Position numbers and translations under genes: made by a program
The notes under the pieces: generated by a model
What the model was told of the DNA's origin: nothing
The model's database searches: none
The model's input: only the letters and a program-made list of their open reading frames with translations
Source: Takakia lepidozioides
Lineage: Eukaryota > Plantae > Bryophyta
Direction: 5' to 3'
Assembly: GCA_030704615.1 (NCBI GenBank)
Contig: CM060732.1
Span: 23,746,001-23,810,000, forward strand
DNA: 64,000 nt
Shown: piece by piece, positions 35,851-47,769 of the stretch
Position numbering within the stretch: position 1 is the first letter of the stretch
Layout: each line of letters opens with the position of its first letter

Positions 35851-38517
35851 TCACCAATAATCCCCACAAGAGCACACCCCATTTGTGAAGTGATGGAACC
35901 GGGTGGCATCCCTTGCAAAGATTTCACGACCAACAATCTTGGATATGAACTTGGTTGCAGTGTGGCAGTCATCACATACCCGAAGGTTCTTAATGATGCG
36001 GATAGGAGTCCCGGGGGGTGTACGTATGAGCCCAAAGGCAATAGCAAGCCTTTCACTGTGGTGACAGAGAGACTGTTCCTTGTGCTGCTCAACCACATTA
36101 TGCAAAACAAACTGGGTGTTGGGCACATATCCTCCCTCCTTCATTTGCCTAGTTAATCTATCTAACTCAATGTAAATCTCCTCTGTTTGTGGATGTGATT
36201 TATCTTCTGCAAAGAATGCATGTACCCTGCTGTTGACCTCAATCCAGCTGCGCCCTGCTTCCTTTTTCACACCTTTTTCCTTCATTGCTTTCCTCACCTT
36301 AGCTACATCGTCCCACTTGCCAGCCGCAGCATAGATGTTTGATAGCAGCACAAACACTGCAGAATTGTGTGGTTCCAACTTGAGAATACATTCTGAAGCA
36401 TGCTCTGCAACTGCCACATTGCCGTGAATTCTGCAAGCAGCGAGCAAGGCACCCCACACCGAAGCATCCGGTTCAAATGGCATTTTGTTGATGAAGGCCT
36501 CTGCCTTGAGCAACTGCCCAGCGCGGCCAAGAAGGTCAACCATGCAGCCATAGTGATTCCCCAGGGGTGTTATGTCATAATCTTGAGTCATGGAATAGAA
36601 ATAGTGTCGACCTTCATCAACTAGGCCCATGTGGCTGCATGCGGAGAGGACACCAACGTAGGTGACCTCATTTGGCTTCACCTCTTTCAGTTGCATCTGT
36701 TCAAAGAGCTCAAGGGCCTCCTTGCCATGCCCATGCTGAGCATATCCCATAATCATTGCACTCCACAAGACCACATCAGGCCTTGAAATTTTGTCAAAAA
36801 CTTTTCGTGAGTCGACCAGACTCCCACACTTGGCATACATGTCAACAAGGGAACTTGCCACACAGACATCTGACTCAAGTCCAGATTCGATGACGAGGGC
36901 ATGGATCCGCTTGCCTTCTTCCAGAGCAGCTAGGCTGGCATACGAATTGAGGATGCTCATGAAGGTGATCTTATTCGGGCACAGGCCTTCTTCCCACATT
37001 TGCCAAAAAAGGTCAAAGGCCAGTTCATTGTGCCCTTGATTACTGTATCCTGCTATAATCGCATTCCATGAAACAATGTCTCGTTTAGGCATTTTATTGA
37101 ACACTTGACTTGCCTCCACCACACTCCCACATCTGGCGTACATGGTCACAAGGGAATTACCCAGACACACATCTGACTCCAATCCATCTTTGATAATGTG
37201 GGAGTGGACCCACTTGCCCTGTTCCAGACCTCTGGAGCCGGCACATGCATTCAGAATGCTCATGAAGGTGATCTTGTTGGGCTTAACCCTCTCTAGCTGC
37301 ATTTTCTCAAAGAGTTCAAATGCCTCTTTGCAAAGTCTGTGCTGGGCGAATCCTGCAATCATAGCAGTCCATGAGACCACATCTCTCTTAGACATTTGGT
37401 CAAATACTGTGCAAGCATCCGCCACACTCCCGCACTTGGCATACATGGTGACAAGGGCATTTCCGATATAGAGATCAGACTCGAATCCACTTTTAATGAT
37501 GTGGGCATGGAGCCACCTCCCCTGTTCCAGAGCTGCTGGGCTGGAGCATGCGTTGAGAATGCTGATGAAAGTGACATTGTTTGGCTTCACACCTTCTTGT
37601 TGCATTTTCCGAAACAGTTCAAATGCCTCCTCACCTTGCCCTTGCTCAGCAAATGCTGCAATCATCGCAGTCCATGAGACCACGTCTCGTATAGGCATTA
37701 TGTCAAATACTTGGCGGCCATCCACCACACTCCCGCATTTGGCATACATGCTCACAAGGGCAGTCCCCACGTGAATGTCAGACTGAAACCCAGCTTTAAC
37801 GATAAGAGCATGGAGCAATTTGCCCTGTTCCAGAGCTGCTGGGCTGGCACATGCTTTGAGGATGCTAACGAAGGTGACCTTGTTTGGTTTTACGCCTTCC
37901 CGTTGCATATGCGACAAGAGTTTTATCGCTTTTTCACCAAATCCTCCCTGAGCATATCCTGCGATCATCGAATTCCATGAGACCACATCCCGTCTGGCCA
38001 TTTTGTCAAACACTCGAAGCGCATCCACAACACTCCCGCACTTGACATACATGCTGATCAGGGTGTTCCTCAGAAACATATCTTGCTTCAATCCACTTTT
38101 GATGATGTGCGCATGTATATGCTTGCCGTGTGCGAGAGCTTTCATCCTGGCACACCCCTGCAAGAGACACACATAGGTGTCGGAGTATGCTGGGATCCCT
38201 TGTTGGTCCATCAGTTCCAGAACGTTGAGAGCCTCCTTTATTCGTCCCTCCTTGCAAAGGGTGCTCACATCCCCACCAATGCCACTCGAGTCCTTGATGC
38301 CTCCGTCCTTCTCCCCTCCTTTCATTGCCCATCCTTCCAAAGCACTGGTGATTATCGATGTGCCAAAAGCAATGCCCTTGCTGCCACTCTGCGGCCATTG
38401 AAAAATCTGCTTCAGCTTCCAACGTTGAAAACTCGCTACCCTGCACGACAATTTGGAGCGACTGTTGTATGCTTGTCCGGATGGGATGCAGGAGATCTCC
38501 TGTGCATTGGAGGGCAT
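35851..38517 (-). CDS. PLS-class PPR protein with E1-E2-DYW cytidine deaminase domain (organellar C-to-U RNA editing factor)
   Basis: Intact intronless 888-aa ORF with about 17 regular L-S-P motifs ending P2-L2-S2, E1/E2, PG-box variant KKEAGRSWIEV, HSE and CxxC zinc ligands, and terminal CSCGDYW. Confidence 0.97.
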   Translation of the reverse strand: MPSNAQEISCIPSGQAYNSRSKLSCRVASFQRWKLKQIFQWPQSGSKGIAFGTSIITSALEGWAMKGGEKDGGIKDSSGIGGDVSTLCKEGRIKEALNVLELMDQQGIPAYSDTYVCLLQGCARMKALAHGKHIHAHIIKSGLKQDMFLRNTLISMYVKCGSVVDALRVFDKMARRDVVSWNSMIAGYAQGGFGEKAIKLLSHMQREGVKPNKVTFVSILKACASPAALEQGKLLHALIVKAGFQSDIHVGTALVSMYAKCGSVVDGRQVFDIMPIRDVVSWTAMIAAFAEQGQGEEAFELFRKMQQEGVKPNNVTFISILNACSSPAALEQGRWLHAHIIKSGFESDLYIGNALVTMYAKCGSVADACTVFDQMSKRDVVSWTAMIAGFAQHRLCKEAFELFEKMQLERVKPNKITFMSILNACAGSRGLEQGKWVHSHIIKDGLESDVCLGNSLVTMYARCGSVVEASQVFNKMPKRDIVSWNAIIAGYSNQGHNELAFDLFWQMWEEGLCPNKITFMSILNSYASLAALEEGKRIHALVIESGLESDVCVASSLVDMYAKCGSLVDSRKVFDKISRPDVVLWSAMIMGYAQHGHGKEALELFEQMQLKEVKPNEVTYVGVLSACSHMGLVDEGRHYFYSMTQDYDITPLGNHYGCMVDLLGRAGQLLKAEAFINKMPFEPDASVWGALLAACRIHGNVAVAEHASECILKLEPHNSAVFVLLSNIYAAAGKWDDVAKVRKAMKEKGVKKEAGRSWIEVNSRVHAFFAEDKSHPQTEEIYIELDRLTRQMKEGGYVPNTQFVLHNVVEQHKEQSLCHHSERLAIAFGLIRTPPGTPIRIIKNLRVCDDCHTATKFISKIVGREIFARDATRFHHFTNGVCSCGDYW

Positions 38518-38848
38518 GACGCGATGGTGAAAGGCGGCAGCATGACGGAGAGGATCCAGTACTCGTGGGTAAAAGAGGCACGCACATTCCTACCTATTTG
38601 AAATCATCCTTGAATCATTCTGATCACATGCATGAAATCGGTTTACGCTTTTCGTTGCCTCCTCATGATATCCAACTAAACCCAGGTTACACCACAACCG
38701 TACGTTCATGAGCAGTCTTTTGTGGAGCACTTACATCAGTTCACGATCTAATGACTGCAGATTTATGTAAGTCATTTCGTAAGAGGGCAATGCTCTGCGA
38801 TTGAGCAGGGGGAGCGTGCCGCTTGTGTCTACGGCTATCGGACATGTT
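38518..38848. promoter_or_regulatory. putative bidirectional promoter between the PPR-DYW and DnaJ genes
   Basis: Divergent start codons only about 330 bp apart. Confidence 0.5.
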
Positions 38849-40788
38849 ATGGGTATCCTAGCGACAGGACTGGTTTGCGCGGGGGCTGTGTTCCAGAGAA
38901 GGAAGAACTGCACCAGTTGTGATCCACCCCATACTGGATTCAGGATTGTTCTGAGCAGTGAAGGAGCAGGAGCAAGGCTGGTGAACAACAGAAAATTAAA
39001 AGGAGGTGACTGTGTTGGCTGGGGTGGAAACTACTATGCATCGAGAAGAGAACGTAGGGTTGTTGTGTGTGCCGCCTCCAGGGAATCCTTGTATGAAACC
39101 TTGGGAGTGTCACCCTCGGCCTCAGAGAAGGACATCAAGCAAGCGTATCGGCGATTGGCTCTCAAATATCATCCCGATGTCAATAAACGAGTAAGCTCTT
39201 TGGACACCAAACTCAGACTTTGTACAAAATCTCAGAAGAGGTCGGGAGGCGGGAGCAAGAGCAGAAAGGGGGTGATAGCATGGGCTTTAATGCATCCAGA
39301 TGGGAAAGGAAAGAAGTGGGGTCTCGGAGATAGCTGCGACGATGTGTCATTCAAACGTCGGCACTTATAGGTGGGAGTGTCCATAAGTTATAGATCACTG
39401 GCAAGGTAGTGACCCACCCAGTTTGTTTTCCCAGACTGGTGTGTGCTTTTCATGCTTAGCATATTACACTCAAGAGGTACGAGCACGCGTTTACTCGGAG
39501 ATGACTGCTGCTCGACACATTCTGCCCCCTGGTCCATGTCTGCAGCTCTAGGAGTAGGACTTGGGTTTCTGAAAAAGTTGGCAAATCCTGGGGGAACTGG
39601 GTCGCATTTACTGTTTGCCGAATTTGGGATAGTGAGGCACACTGTCCTAGCTCACTTGTACATATTTCGGTCTAGATGGTTGAGCCCCTCGCATCACGCT
39701 GCTGCTTGTGCTCCAGGCCGATGCGCAAGAACAGTTTCTGCGTATAAAGACAGCATACCAGACGTTGGTGGATGGTCGGAGTCGCGCCAAGTACGATGCC
39801 TCGTTGCGCCCAAAAACTGGTGATTGGGAGCCATTCCAACGGACCTCTCCTTCGAGAGCCAGAGAGAGGACTCAGGAGCAGGAGGAGTTTTACGGATTGG
39901 GTATGGTCCTTACCTAGGCTCATTCTGATTGGATATTCTTGCCAGAGACCTGGGTTTATACTTTTATACTCCTGTGTTATCATTTGAATTGATCTCTTTT
40001 CTGGTTATAATCCGGCCTACACATGCACCTGCATTACCAACCTGGACTGCATTTCCTACAGCCTATCCAATTTTCTCCGAGAGAGGTGTGAAGGTTTGTA
40101 TGAAGGCATCCATGGACACCTCCAAAGAATAGAATGAGAGTATTCTCCGCATTCTTACATATACACACAGATATTAGGGTATGGACTCATGAGGCAGGGT
40201 TTGGGGGTGCAGGCGAGTTGTGGAGGGATCTGCTGGGGTCTCTTGGTAGAGCTGTCAACCCTGGCCTGCAAATGTGTGGATGTGGGGCAGGGCTGGCTGG
40301 CCCGGCATCTTTTAGCTGATGATAGCGGTTGTGCTCTCTGGTGCAGAGGACTTCTTCAAGGACTTGCAGTCTGACCTCAGCAAGCGAGAGGCTTCTATGA
40401 GCTCCCAGGCAAAGCCCAAGAGTCTGTGGGAAGAGTTGGCGGTGAGTATGGCTAAGATTCTTTTGCAAACAGTATTGTCTGTAGGTGTGGCAGCAAGGGA
40501 CTAACAGGGCTTGTTGGATGGCCCACCATGCAGGACATTGGAGAGGAGTTTGTGGAATTCCTTGAGAAAGAATTGAACATCAGTGAGGCCAGCGAGGATG
40601 AGAAGCAAGGGGGCGACTTCTCTGGAGATGCTAATAGTGATGGCAGACGGCAGCGCTCCAAACTATATGATGATAGCAGCAAGACCTCAAGTTGGGAAGC
40701 TCCTAGTGATGAGAAGAGCAAAGTGGAGAAAGACATTGCGGAGATCGAGGATATGCTGGCTCAGCTGAAGAAGGAACTAGGGATCTAA
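38849..40788 (+). CDS. plastid-type J-domain (DnaJ type III) protein, similar to Arabidopsis At5g59610/DJC73-like; exons 38849-39190, 39717-39900, 40347-40441, 40534-40788
   Basis: Transit-peptide-like N-terminus; J domain [21 protein letters not shown] / [17 protein letters not shown]; [10 protein letters not shown] / [14 protein letters not shown]. All introns are GT-AG and the spliced frame is open (876 nt, 291 aa). Confidence 0.9.
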
Positions 40789-42395
40789 GTCACTCTCTCA
40801 ATTTCTATTTGCGTGGCCAAATTCACTGTTGTCCTAAAATTTACCAAATCCTTCTAGAGCACAAGCCTTTTTGGGGGGAGTTAGCTTCATCTCAGGATTG
40901 TCCAGTGCTGGCATGTCTTGTGCTGTTCTCCTTTAGAATGTGAAGTGATGGGTGAAAAAGGCTCAGTTATGGATTTGCTTGAAGAGAGAAGAGTGGATGT
41001 TGGCATTGTTGCAACCAATTCTCATCTACTTGTGACCCGGAAGGAGTAAATTGCCAGCTTGCCAGCAGCCATCCGAAAGGAAAGCAACACCTAAAAGCAA
41101 GCAGGCACAACAGCCATTTACCAAGTCCTTCCACAAGCAAGAAAAGCAAGGGACCCAAAAGATATGAATTGGGGAAGGGGGGGGCTACCTCTATAGGCAC
41201 TGAATTTACAGTATGTGATCTGTATTTCCGGGGAAGTGAATGTGATTTGTAAAAATATGGTGGCTCTTAGTTAAGGAGGCTTCCAGTCTTCTGCTCAATG
41301 TATACCATAGATCCTTGGGGATCAAGTACTACCATGAGTTACGCATACTTCGGCTGTGTCCTCACATTTATACCACAAGTGGACAACCAACATTCAGCGG
41401 TGACAAACAGCACCAAGCGCAGGTTGTGGGTTCAACCACATGTTGGATGTCATAAAGGTGTTGAGTGTCCACTTTCCCACGGAAGGCCGGATCAGGAGAG
41501 ACCATAATCTAAGTCCACATTTTCTTTTTCAAAACCATATGTGATTTTTCATCTAATGGATAACAGTATCTCTGAGATACTATTCCCCATCCTCTGCAGT
41601 GGGTTGGGGATTCAATCGCCGTGCTTTCGTCCCTTGGTTTGCCACATGATGGCTCAGAAAGGGCTGTCATTCAATACATATATAATTTCAGGCATAATAT
41701 AATGAATTATTCTGAGTTGTGAAACAAATTGTGTCAAAATTATTCCATCGAATAGATATCCCAGCTGAGCTTATGAACTGTATATCGCCTAATGAAGGTA
41801 AGTGGCGAGGGTGATTTTAACCCCTAAAGGATGTAAAGACTTGATTCCGACTTGCTTGCTTTTGGCCATGGATGAATGATACAGCGGATGGAGCACGATG
41901 ATGATGCTCATTCAGGATAACGAATAGGCACAGGATGAGGCTCTCAGTTAATCCTAGATGGATGTAGGTGGAGTAGCCATAACATATTTGACGCTGGTAC
42001 AGCTGGCTTATTAAGTTAGCATTGTCTGTAGTTAACAGTTAGATCAGGATTAGATTACGTGGTGTGACAGGCTTGTGTGGTCCAGCTGGGATAACATCTG
42101 GCTGGCCAATGAAAGGCAGCCCTTTGGCCTAGATAGGATTACGTGCTTAAATACTATATAAATCAAAGCACTCAAGGAATGGGGGTGGTGGATTTTGGAT
42201 CTCATTTGGTGTAGGAACTGCAGTGGATTGTGTGTGATTTGGTGTACTTGTGTTGGATGAAAAGTGGCTCTTTGTGTTAAGTTGTTGCCCCCTAGTTAGC
42301 GTGCTTTGCTCCATAAGACATACAACCCCAGTGCAGGTAATTTCTCGGGATAGAGAGGAATAATCCCATGGCCCCGGAATCTGGCCCCGGAATCT

Positions 42396-42406
42396 TGGTG
42401 GAGATG
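42396..42406 (+). other. putative primer-binding site complementary to tRNA-Ala 3' end
   Basis: TGGTGGAGATG is the complement of ..CATCTCCACCA. Confidence 0.5.
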
Positions 42407-42583
42407 GGGGCATTTAATCCGTTACCGGGAACAAATGTATTAATCATCATAGGTAATGTGTGTGTTGCAAGGGCATAAGGTACAGCCGTCAGAAAGGCGA
42501 AATGGCGGCGAGTCTCATTTTTCGTTTGTGTGCCTTCTTCTCTTTCGTGTCCAAGCTAGCCGCGTTTCTCCTTGTTGTGTGCA

Positions 42584-43487
42584 ATGGCGTCTCCCTCTGA
42601 GTCTGTTCTTGTCATTAGCGAATGCACGCTTGACCAAAAATTTGAGCAGACTTTTCTGCATGAGTTGAGGGTGCGTTTGAGCGAGGACATTTGCAGATAT
42701 ACTGCCTTTGATGAGAATGAACCCTGGCCCCGCGAGGAACTTCAGTTAGATACACCCTCGGATTTTTGGATTGCAAAATTTGAAGCTGAGGCGGCGGAGG
42801 AAGCGGCCAAAGAGGCCATCACACCTGCTCAAAAACGTGAGCAGAAGCGCAAGGTGAAACAAGCCTTGCAGAGTGCCTGGGCTAGGAAGTTGTTGCAGGT
42901 ACTGCATGCCGAGGAGATTGCTGCGAAGCTCCATTTTCCCTAGCTTCAGGAGCGTATGTGTGCTGGTGAGGTTTTTAGCAGGCCTCAAATAGGTGTGTCG
43001 CAGTTCACAGTGAGCAGGGATGTGCACACTGAATTGGAGGGCTTTGCCTACCCTCATAAGCCAAAGTCTGTTGTGACTCTGGGAATTCATTAGAGGCGGT
43101 ACTGCCCTTGTGTTTGCCAACCTTCGTCTGAACGGTGTTGTTTCCGAGGAGGCCGACCCCACCTGGGAAGAGGTTGTGGCAGGGGTTCTGGAACATCGCT
43201 TTCAACACCATCCCTCGGACGTGGTAGTGTTTCCAGGCCGATCTTTCAAACAAGAACGTGTTGGGCTGACTCAACTGGACAAGGCGGCTGAGTACCCTCC
43301 GCACACGGTAGTTAAAGAACGAAGAGTGCGTACGGTTGTCAAGGTTGCGTTTTGGCTCAAAAGTGAACGGGAAGTCTGGCAACAATTGGGAGAGGCCGTC
43401 TCTCTTTGGCCCAAACAGCGTTACATCAGCTGCCATTGTGTGGCGAACTGGGAAGACTTCATTCAGGCCCCAGCGGATAGGAGGTAA
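42584..43487 (+). pseudogene. extra ORF upstream of gag, unknown function (interrupted)
   Basis: Protein-like segments MASPSESV..KLHFP* and FANLRLNG..PADRR* lie between the PBS and gag. Confidence 0.5.
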
Positions 43488-43551
43488 GAGGTGTTAGCCC
43501 CTGCTCATGCTTGTCCACACTAGGGCCATGCTGGAAAAGTAGGCTGAGGAA

Positions 43552-44724
43552 ATGGTAGGCTTAAGTGAGCTTGAGGCTAGAAGAGAGAGAGAGTTAGCTG
43601 CTGACCGGAATGAAGCTGCGCATGGTGAAGGATCTACGGGTCATGGAGGGGTAGAAAAGGATAAGGCTGCTCATGAGCCAGCTCTTGATATAGAAGATCT
43701 TTGTGAGGCTATGGGAGTCATATCTAATTGTCCACCTTTGATGAAAATGTTGATCAATCAAAATATTCCGGTGACACCAGTCAAACCCATTGATTCGGCT
43801 GAGAGGATGCACAAACAACCCTTTCCAGATTTCAACTTGGGTGAAGACTTTGAATCATTTCTAGAGTTTTTTGAGATCAGTAGAGAATTGAACTCTGTCC
43901 CTCAGAAGTTCATTATCAAGGCCTTCCATTTGTGTTTAAAAGGTGAGGCTAGGAAGATTTTTGAGTCCAGCATTAAGGGAAAGAATGAGCTGACCTGGGA
44001 GGAAGCTAGGCAATTGGCAGATACATTGTTTCGCAAAGTAAAGCCCATTGCTTACACAGTTCCTGAGCTAACCTTCTCCCCTGGTGACAGTATTTGGAAG
44101 TACTACTCTGATCTTCGTACAGCTGTTTGTAAGGCAGTGGATGATCCATCTGAATGCTCAGCTATCCTGAAGCATTGCTTCATCAAAGGTTTACCCTCAG
44201 CTGACAGGGTCTTTTTACAAAAACAACATTACCACCATAAAGATGAGATGGTAGGTTTACTGGAGAAACGACTTAGATTGAAGGCGGCCAAGGCTGGCAT
44301 GAGCCCCTCCCCTCTCAAGGCTACGAATTTTTTGGCTGCTAGTAAGGACACTAATCTTGCTAATGTGCATCCTGAGGTGACCATTACTGCAGATCAGATA
44401 CTGCCCACGTTGGTTCATGAGTTGAGCCAGTTTCGTAGTGATGTTCAAGAACAGTTCCTGACGATGAAAAATGAGGCTACTTGGCGAGCCTCGGGATTTG
44501 ATCCTTCTAGTCAAAATCAACAAGAGCCCAACCAGGGTGGCTTTAGGAGCAAATCCCAACCCGACACGAGGTATGTGAATAAAGCATCGCTACCCGCTTG
44601 CATGATTTGTAAGTCCACGGAACATTACACTCGCTGCTGCCCTTATCAGTCAGATTTGCCAGCTTTAATTGAGCAGCTTAAAAAGGAGAAGAATGGAGCT
44701 TTTAACGAAAACGGTCGTCTGTGA
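43552..44724 (+). CDS. Gag
   Basis: 390 aa with capsid-like FESFLEFFE..LCLKGEA..TWEEA..FIKGL and zinc knuckle CMICKSTEHYTRCC. Confidence 0.85.
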   Translation: MVGLSELEARRERELAADRNEAAHGEGSTGHGGVEKDKAAHEPALDIEDLCEAMGVISNCPPLMKMLINQNIPVTPVKPIDSAERMHKQPFPDFNLGEDFESFLEFFEISRELNSVPQKFIIKAFHLCLKGEARKIFESSIKGKNELTWEEARQLADTLFRKVKPIAYTVPELTFSPGDSIWKYYSDLRTAVCKAVDDPSECSAILKHCFIKGLPSADRVFLQKQHYHHKDEMVGLLEKRLRLKAAKAGMSPSPLKATNFLAASKDTNLANVHPEVTITADQILPTLVHELSQFRSDVQEQFLTMKNEATWRASGFDPSSQNQQEPNQGGFRSKSQPDTRYVNKASLPACMICKSTEHYTRCCPYQSDLPALIEQLKKEKNGAFNENGRL

Positions 44725-46692
44725 GGGTGCCAGGCGATCGTCTCCTCAGCCCTCCCTCCCTGGTAAGTGCAATCCTATCTCAAGATTTCAAGTTGCTACA
44801 TTGTGAGGCCCTTCGCAAGGTCAGCAAACTCAGAATGCATCCGTTGATGACCCAATGTCATGTTGGTCACCTTTCGTTCTCCTGCATTATTGATACAGGG
44901 TGTACAATGTCTGCCATCCCTCTCAATGTGGTTCGCATCTTAGGACTTAAACTGCAATCAGCCAAGGGTTTGTCTGTTTCCATTGCAGATGGGACTGCTT
45001 ATGAACCTATAGGCTTGGTCACCTTGCCCATCAGAGTCAGTGGCAAAAGCGTGGTACTGACCTATATTGTCACTCTTGGGGAACAGTTTTTGTTAGGTCT
45101 GGATTGGATGCAAGGGGCTGAAGCCAGCCTTGACATCATGGGACATATGATGTGGCTGCACAACGGAGAGGGCAGTCCTTACAAAGTCAATCTGTCGCCT
45201 GTGACCTTGGTTGCTGGTACATCTATGGCCAACTATGCCAAAACCAAGTTGCAAGCTGCTGCAATGCGGGATCAAGTGGGACTGGCCTACAACTGGTCTC
45301 GTTTCAGTCAATTCCAACTTGTGGATAACTGCTTGCATCAATGGCAATTTTCTGCCCCTGGCAGCAAGGGCAGTGCTCCCTTTCCTATACCAAAAACTTC
45401 ACTTATGTTAAGGGCTCCTACTGACTTTGTCATCCCTGCCTATTCTCAACGAATTGTTCCCACATGACTTGCATTTCTGTGTCCTGAGGGTCATTTTTTA
45501 GAAATTGAAGGGTGGCGGAAGTTAGCCTTGCAGAAACACTGCCTCGTTGCTGCTGGTGTCCTTGACCGAGGGTTCAAAGGAGAAACCCGGCTTCTTATTA
45601 CTAATCCCGAACGCATTACCGTCTCCATCCGCAAAGGGCAAGTGCTTGCACGTCTGACTGCCGTGCCACTCTCCGATTTAACGTCTGTGCAGTCAGCTCT
45701 CAGCTTGCAAGATATTGGGTTAGTTGACTCCCCTATTGACCAGCTGCAAAGTTTTGCTGCTCATCGTGGTCTTGCTGTCAGCCCCAGCCTGACCCCTAAC
45801 CGGGAAGCTCATTTCCAGCAAGTGCTCCAGGACATTAAGGTCGGTGATCATCTGACCTCTCCGTAGATGCACCAGCTTCATTCTTTCATTCGCTGCAATC
45901 TAGATATCTTCAGCCGTGTCCTCATGATCTTGGCGAAACTGATATTTTGCAACATGACATAGTCACTGATGGCTCCCCTGTCAAACAACATGCCTACCGG
46001 GAAAGTGTTCATGAACGCAAGATCATCCAGGAGGAAATCACCCGCATGCTTGACGCAGGCGTAATCACTCCCTCTATCTCTCCGTGGGCCAGCTGGCCTA
46101 TTGTGTTAGTAGGTAAGAAGGATGGTTCCACTCGTTTTGTGTTGACTTTTGCCGATTGAATGCTCTTACTAAACGTGATGTGTACCTTTTTCCTCGCATT
46201 AATGAGACATTAGATCAGCTCAATGGTGCCATGATTTTCTCATCCTTAGATCTTGTTGCTGGGTTTTTGCAAGTACCTCTCATTCCCTCTGCCAAAGAGA
46301 AAACTACTTTTACATGCAGGATGGGCATGTATCAGTTTGAGACCATGCCTTTTGGGCTTTGTAATGCCACTGCTACATTTCAGCGACTGATGGATGTGGT
46401 GCTCGGTAACTTACGATGGGAATGTGCACTTGTTTATATAGACGACATCAATGTTTACTCTACTACCTTTGAAGCTCATATGTTGGACTTGCGAAGAGTG
46501 GTATGCAGACTTCGTGCCGCAGGACTTAAAGTTAAAGCAAAGAAGTGCGACTTCTGTATGAAACAGTTGCACTTTCTTGGCCACCTCCTTTCTGCTGCTG
46601 GCATCAGTCTTGATCCCAACAAGATCCAAACCGTGTGGGTGTATTCCACACCCAAAGACAAGAGCACTCTCCCTCATATGAGCTATATTTAG
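44721..46692 (+). pseudogene. pol: aspartic protease (IIDTG), dUTPase-like domain (~45405-45660), reverse transcriptase
   Basis: In the -1 frame relative to gag. LRAPTDFVIP..IVPT*LAFLCPEG..LA..VAAGVLDRGFKGETRLLITN..IRKGQVLARL follows the dUTPase pattern. Stops at 45465 and 45864, plus frameshifts. Confidence 0.8.
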
Positions 46693-47769
46693 TCTCTGCA
46701 ACCTTGTTCGAGTGGCTAGCGTAAGCCACTACGAACTATCTTCCCTCATCATCCACCTGTGTGAGCATCGCTCCAAGCCCCAGCATGCTCCAATCTGTAT
46801 GCAGCTGAAAAAGACGTTCCCTGATAGGTCGTCTCAAGATGGGTGTCGAGGTCAACCTTGCCTTCAGCTCTTGAAAAGCTCGTTCTTGCTCATTTTCCCA
46901 CTACCACTCCTAGTCCACCTTGGTCAGCTTGGTTAGAGCATTTGCAATGGCATTAATCCCTTGACAAACCGTCTATAATAGTTTACCAACCTCATGAAAG
47001 CTCGAACTCGGCTCACATCCGTGGGGCGTGGAATCTATGCAATGGCGTGGGTATTTGCAAGATTGGGTGTCTCAGTTTTTGTAAAACATGGCAGTTTCTG
47101 CAGTGACCTCCCTCCATGGTTTTACCCATATTTGTTCAACAACTCAATATTTCATCTAAATTTATATGGTATAGGGTTTCTAACTACAATAAGTATGTGT
47201 ACCAATTGTTAGATTGCAAAAACAATCATGTACGAGAGAGCCATGGACTTTTAAAGTTGATTACTGTGGAGTGTAGATGTTACACATAAAATCTTATGGA
47301 TTGAAAAAATATCATGTACACTCATATACTAGCACAAAGGAAAATACACTAGGGGTGCTATTTTTAAATCCAACCCAAATCCATTTTTATATGGACTAGT
47401 TATTTTAGGAATTGAGAGCTATGGACTATATTGCACATAAAAACAGGTTGATTTGCACTAGTCCATAGTATCTTATGTTTTGGATTTTTGAGGTGTTGTC
47501 TTTTACTAAAAAGACATACAAACCTATAATCTAGAGGTGTCAGGTGGGTACATGGACAAGCGGTCCTAAACTCTAGATTTTGACGTCTAAATGTTTTTTC
47601 AAATTAAAGATTAAAATATCTAGTAAAGAATGTTTTCAATATTTGAGGAGGGAATCTTTACTACAAATGTTATGTATACTACTATCTATCTATTAAAAAT
47701 AAACTGAAAGCAATAGACTCAAAAAAAATAAAAAAAATCCATGGACTTCCAGTGGACTCAACATGTGCC

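Larger units (their letters stand above)
42396..46692 (+). mobile_element. 3'-truncated Ty3/gypsy element: PBS, extra ORF, gag, protease, dUTPase-like domain, RT
   Basis: See sub-features. RT motifs LDLVAGF, MPFGLCNA and VYIDD; breaks off after FLGH. The 5' LTR probably lies upstream (TATA-like TATATAAAT near 42157) but was not delimited. Confidence 0.85.

Noticed and set aside
36303-38601. Overlapping and antisense ORFs across the PPR gene
   Set aside because: Shadow ORFs of the repetitive PPR coding strand.
41560-42395. Exact 5' LTR boundaries for the dUTPase-like gypsy element
   Set aside because: No second LTR for comparison and no CA end immediately before the PBS.
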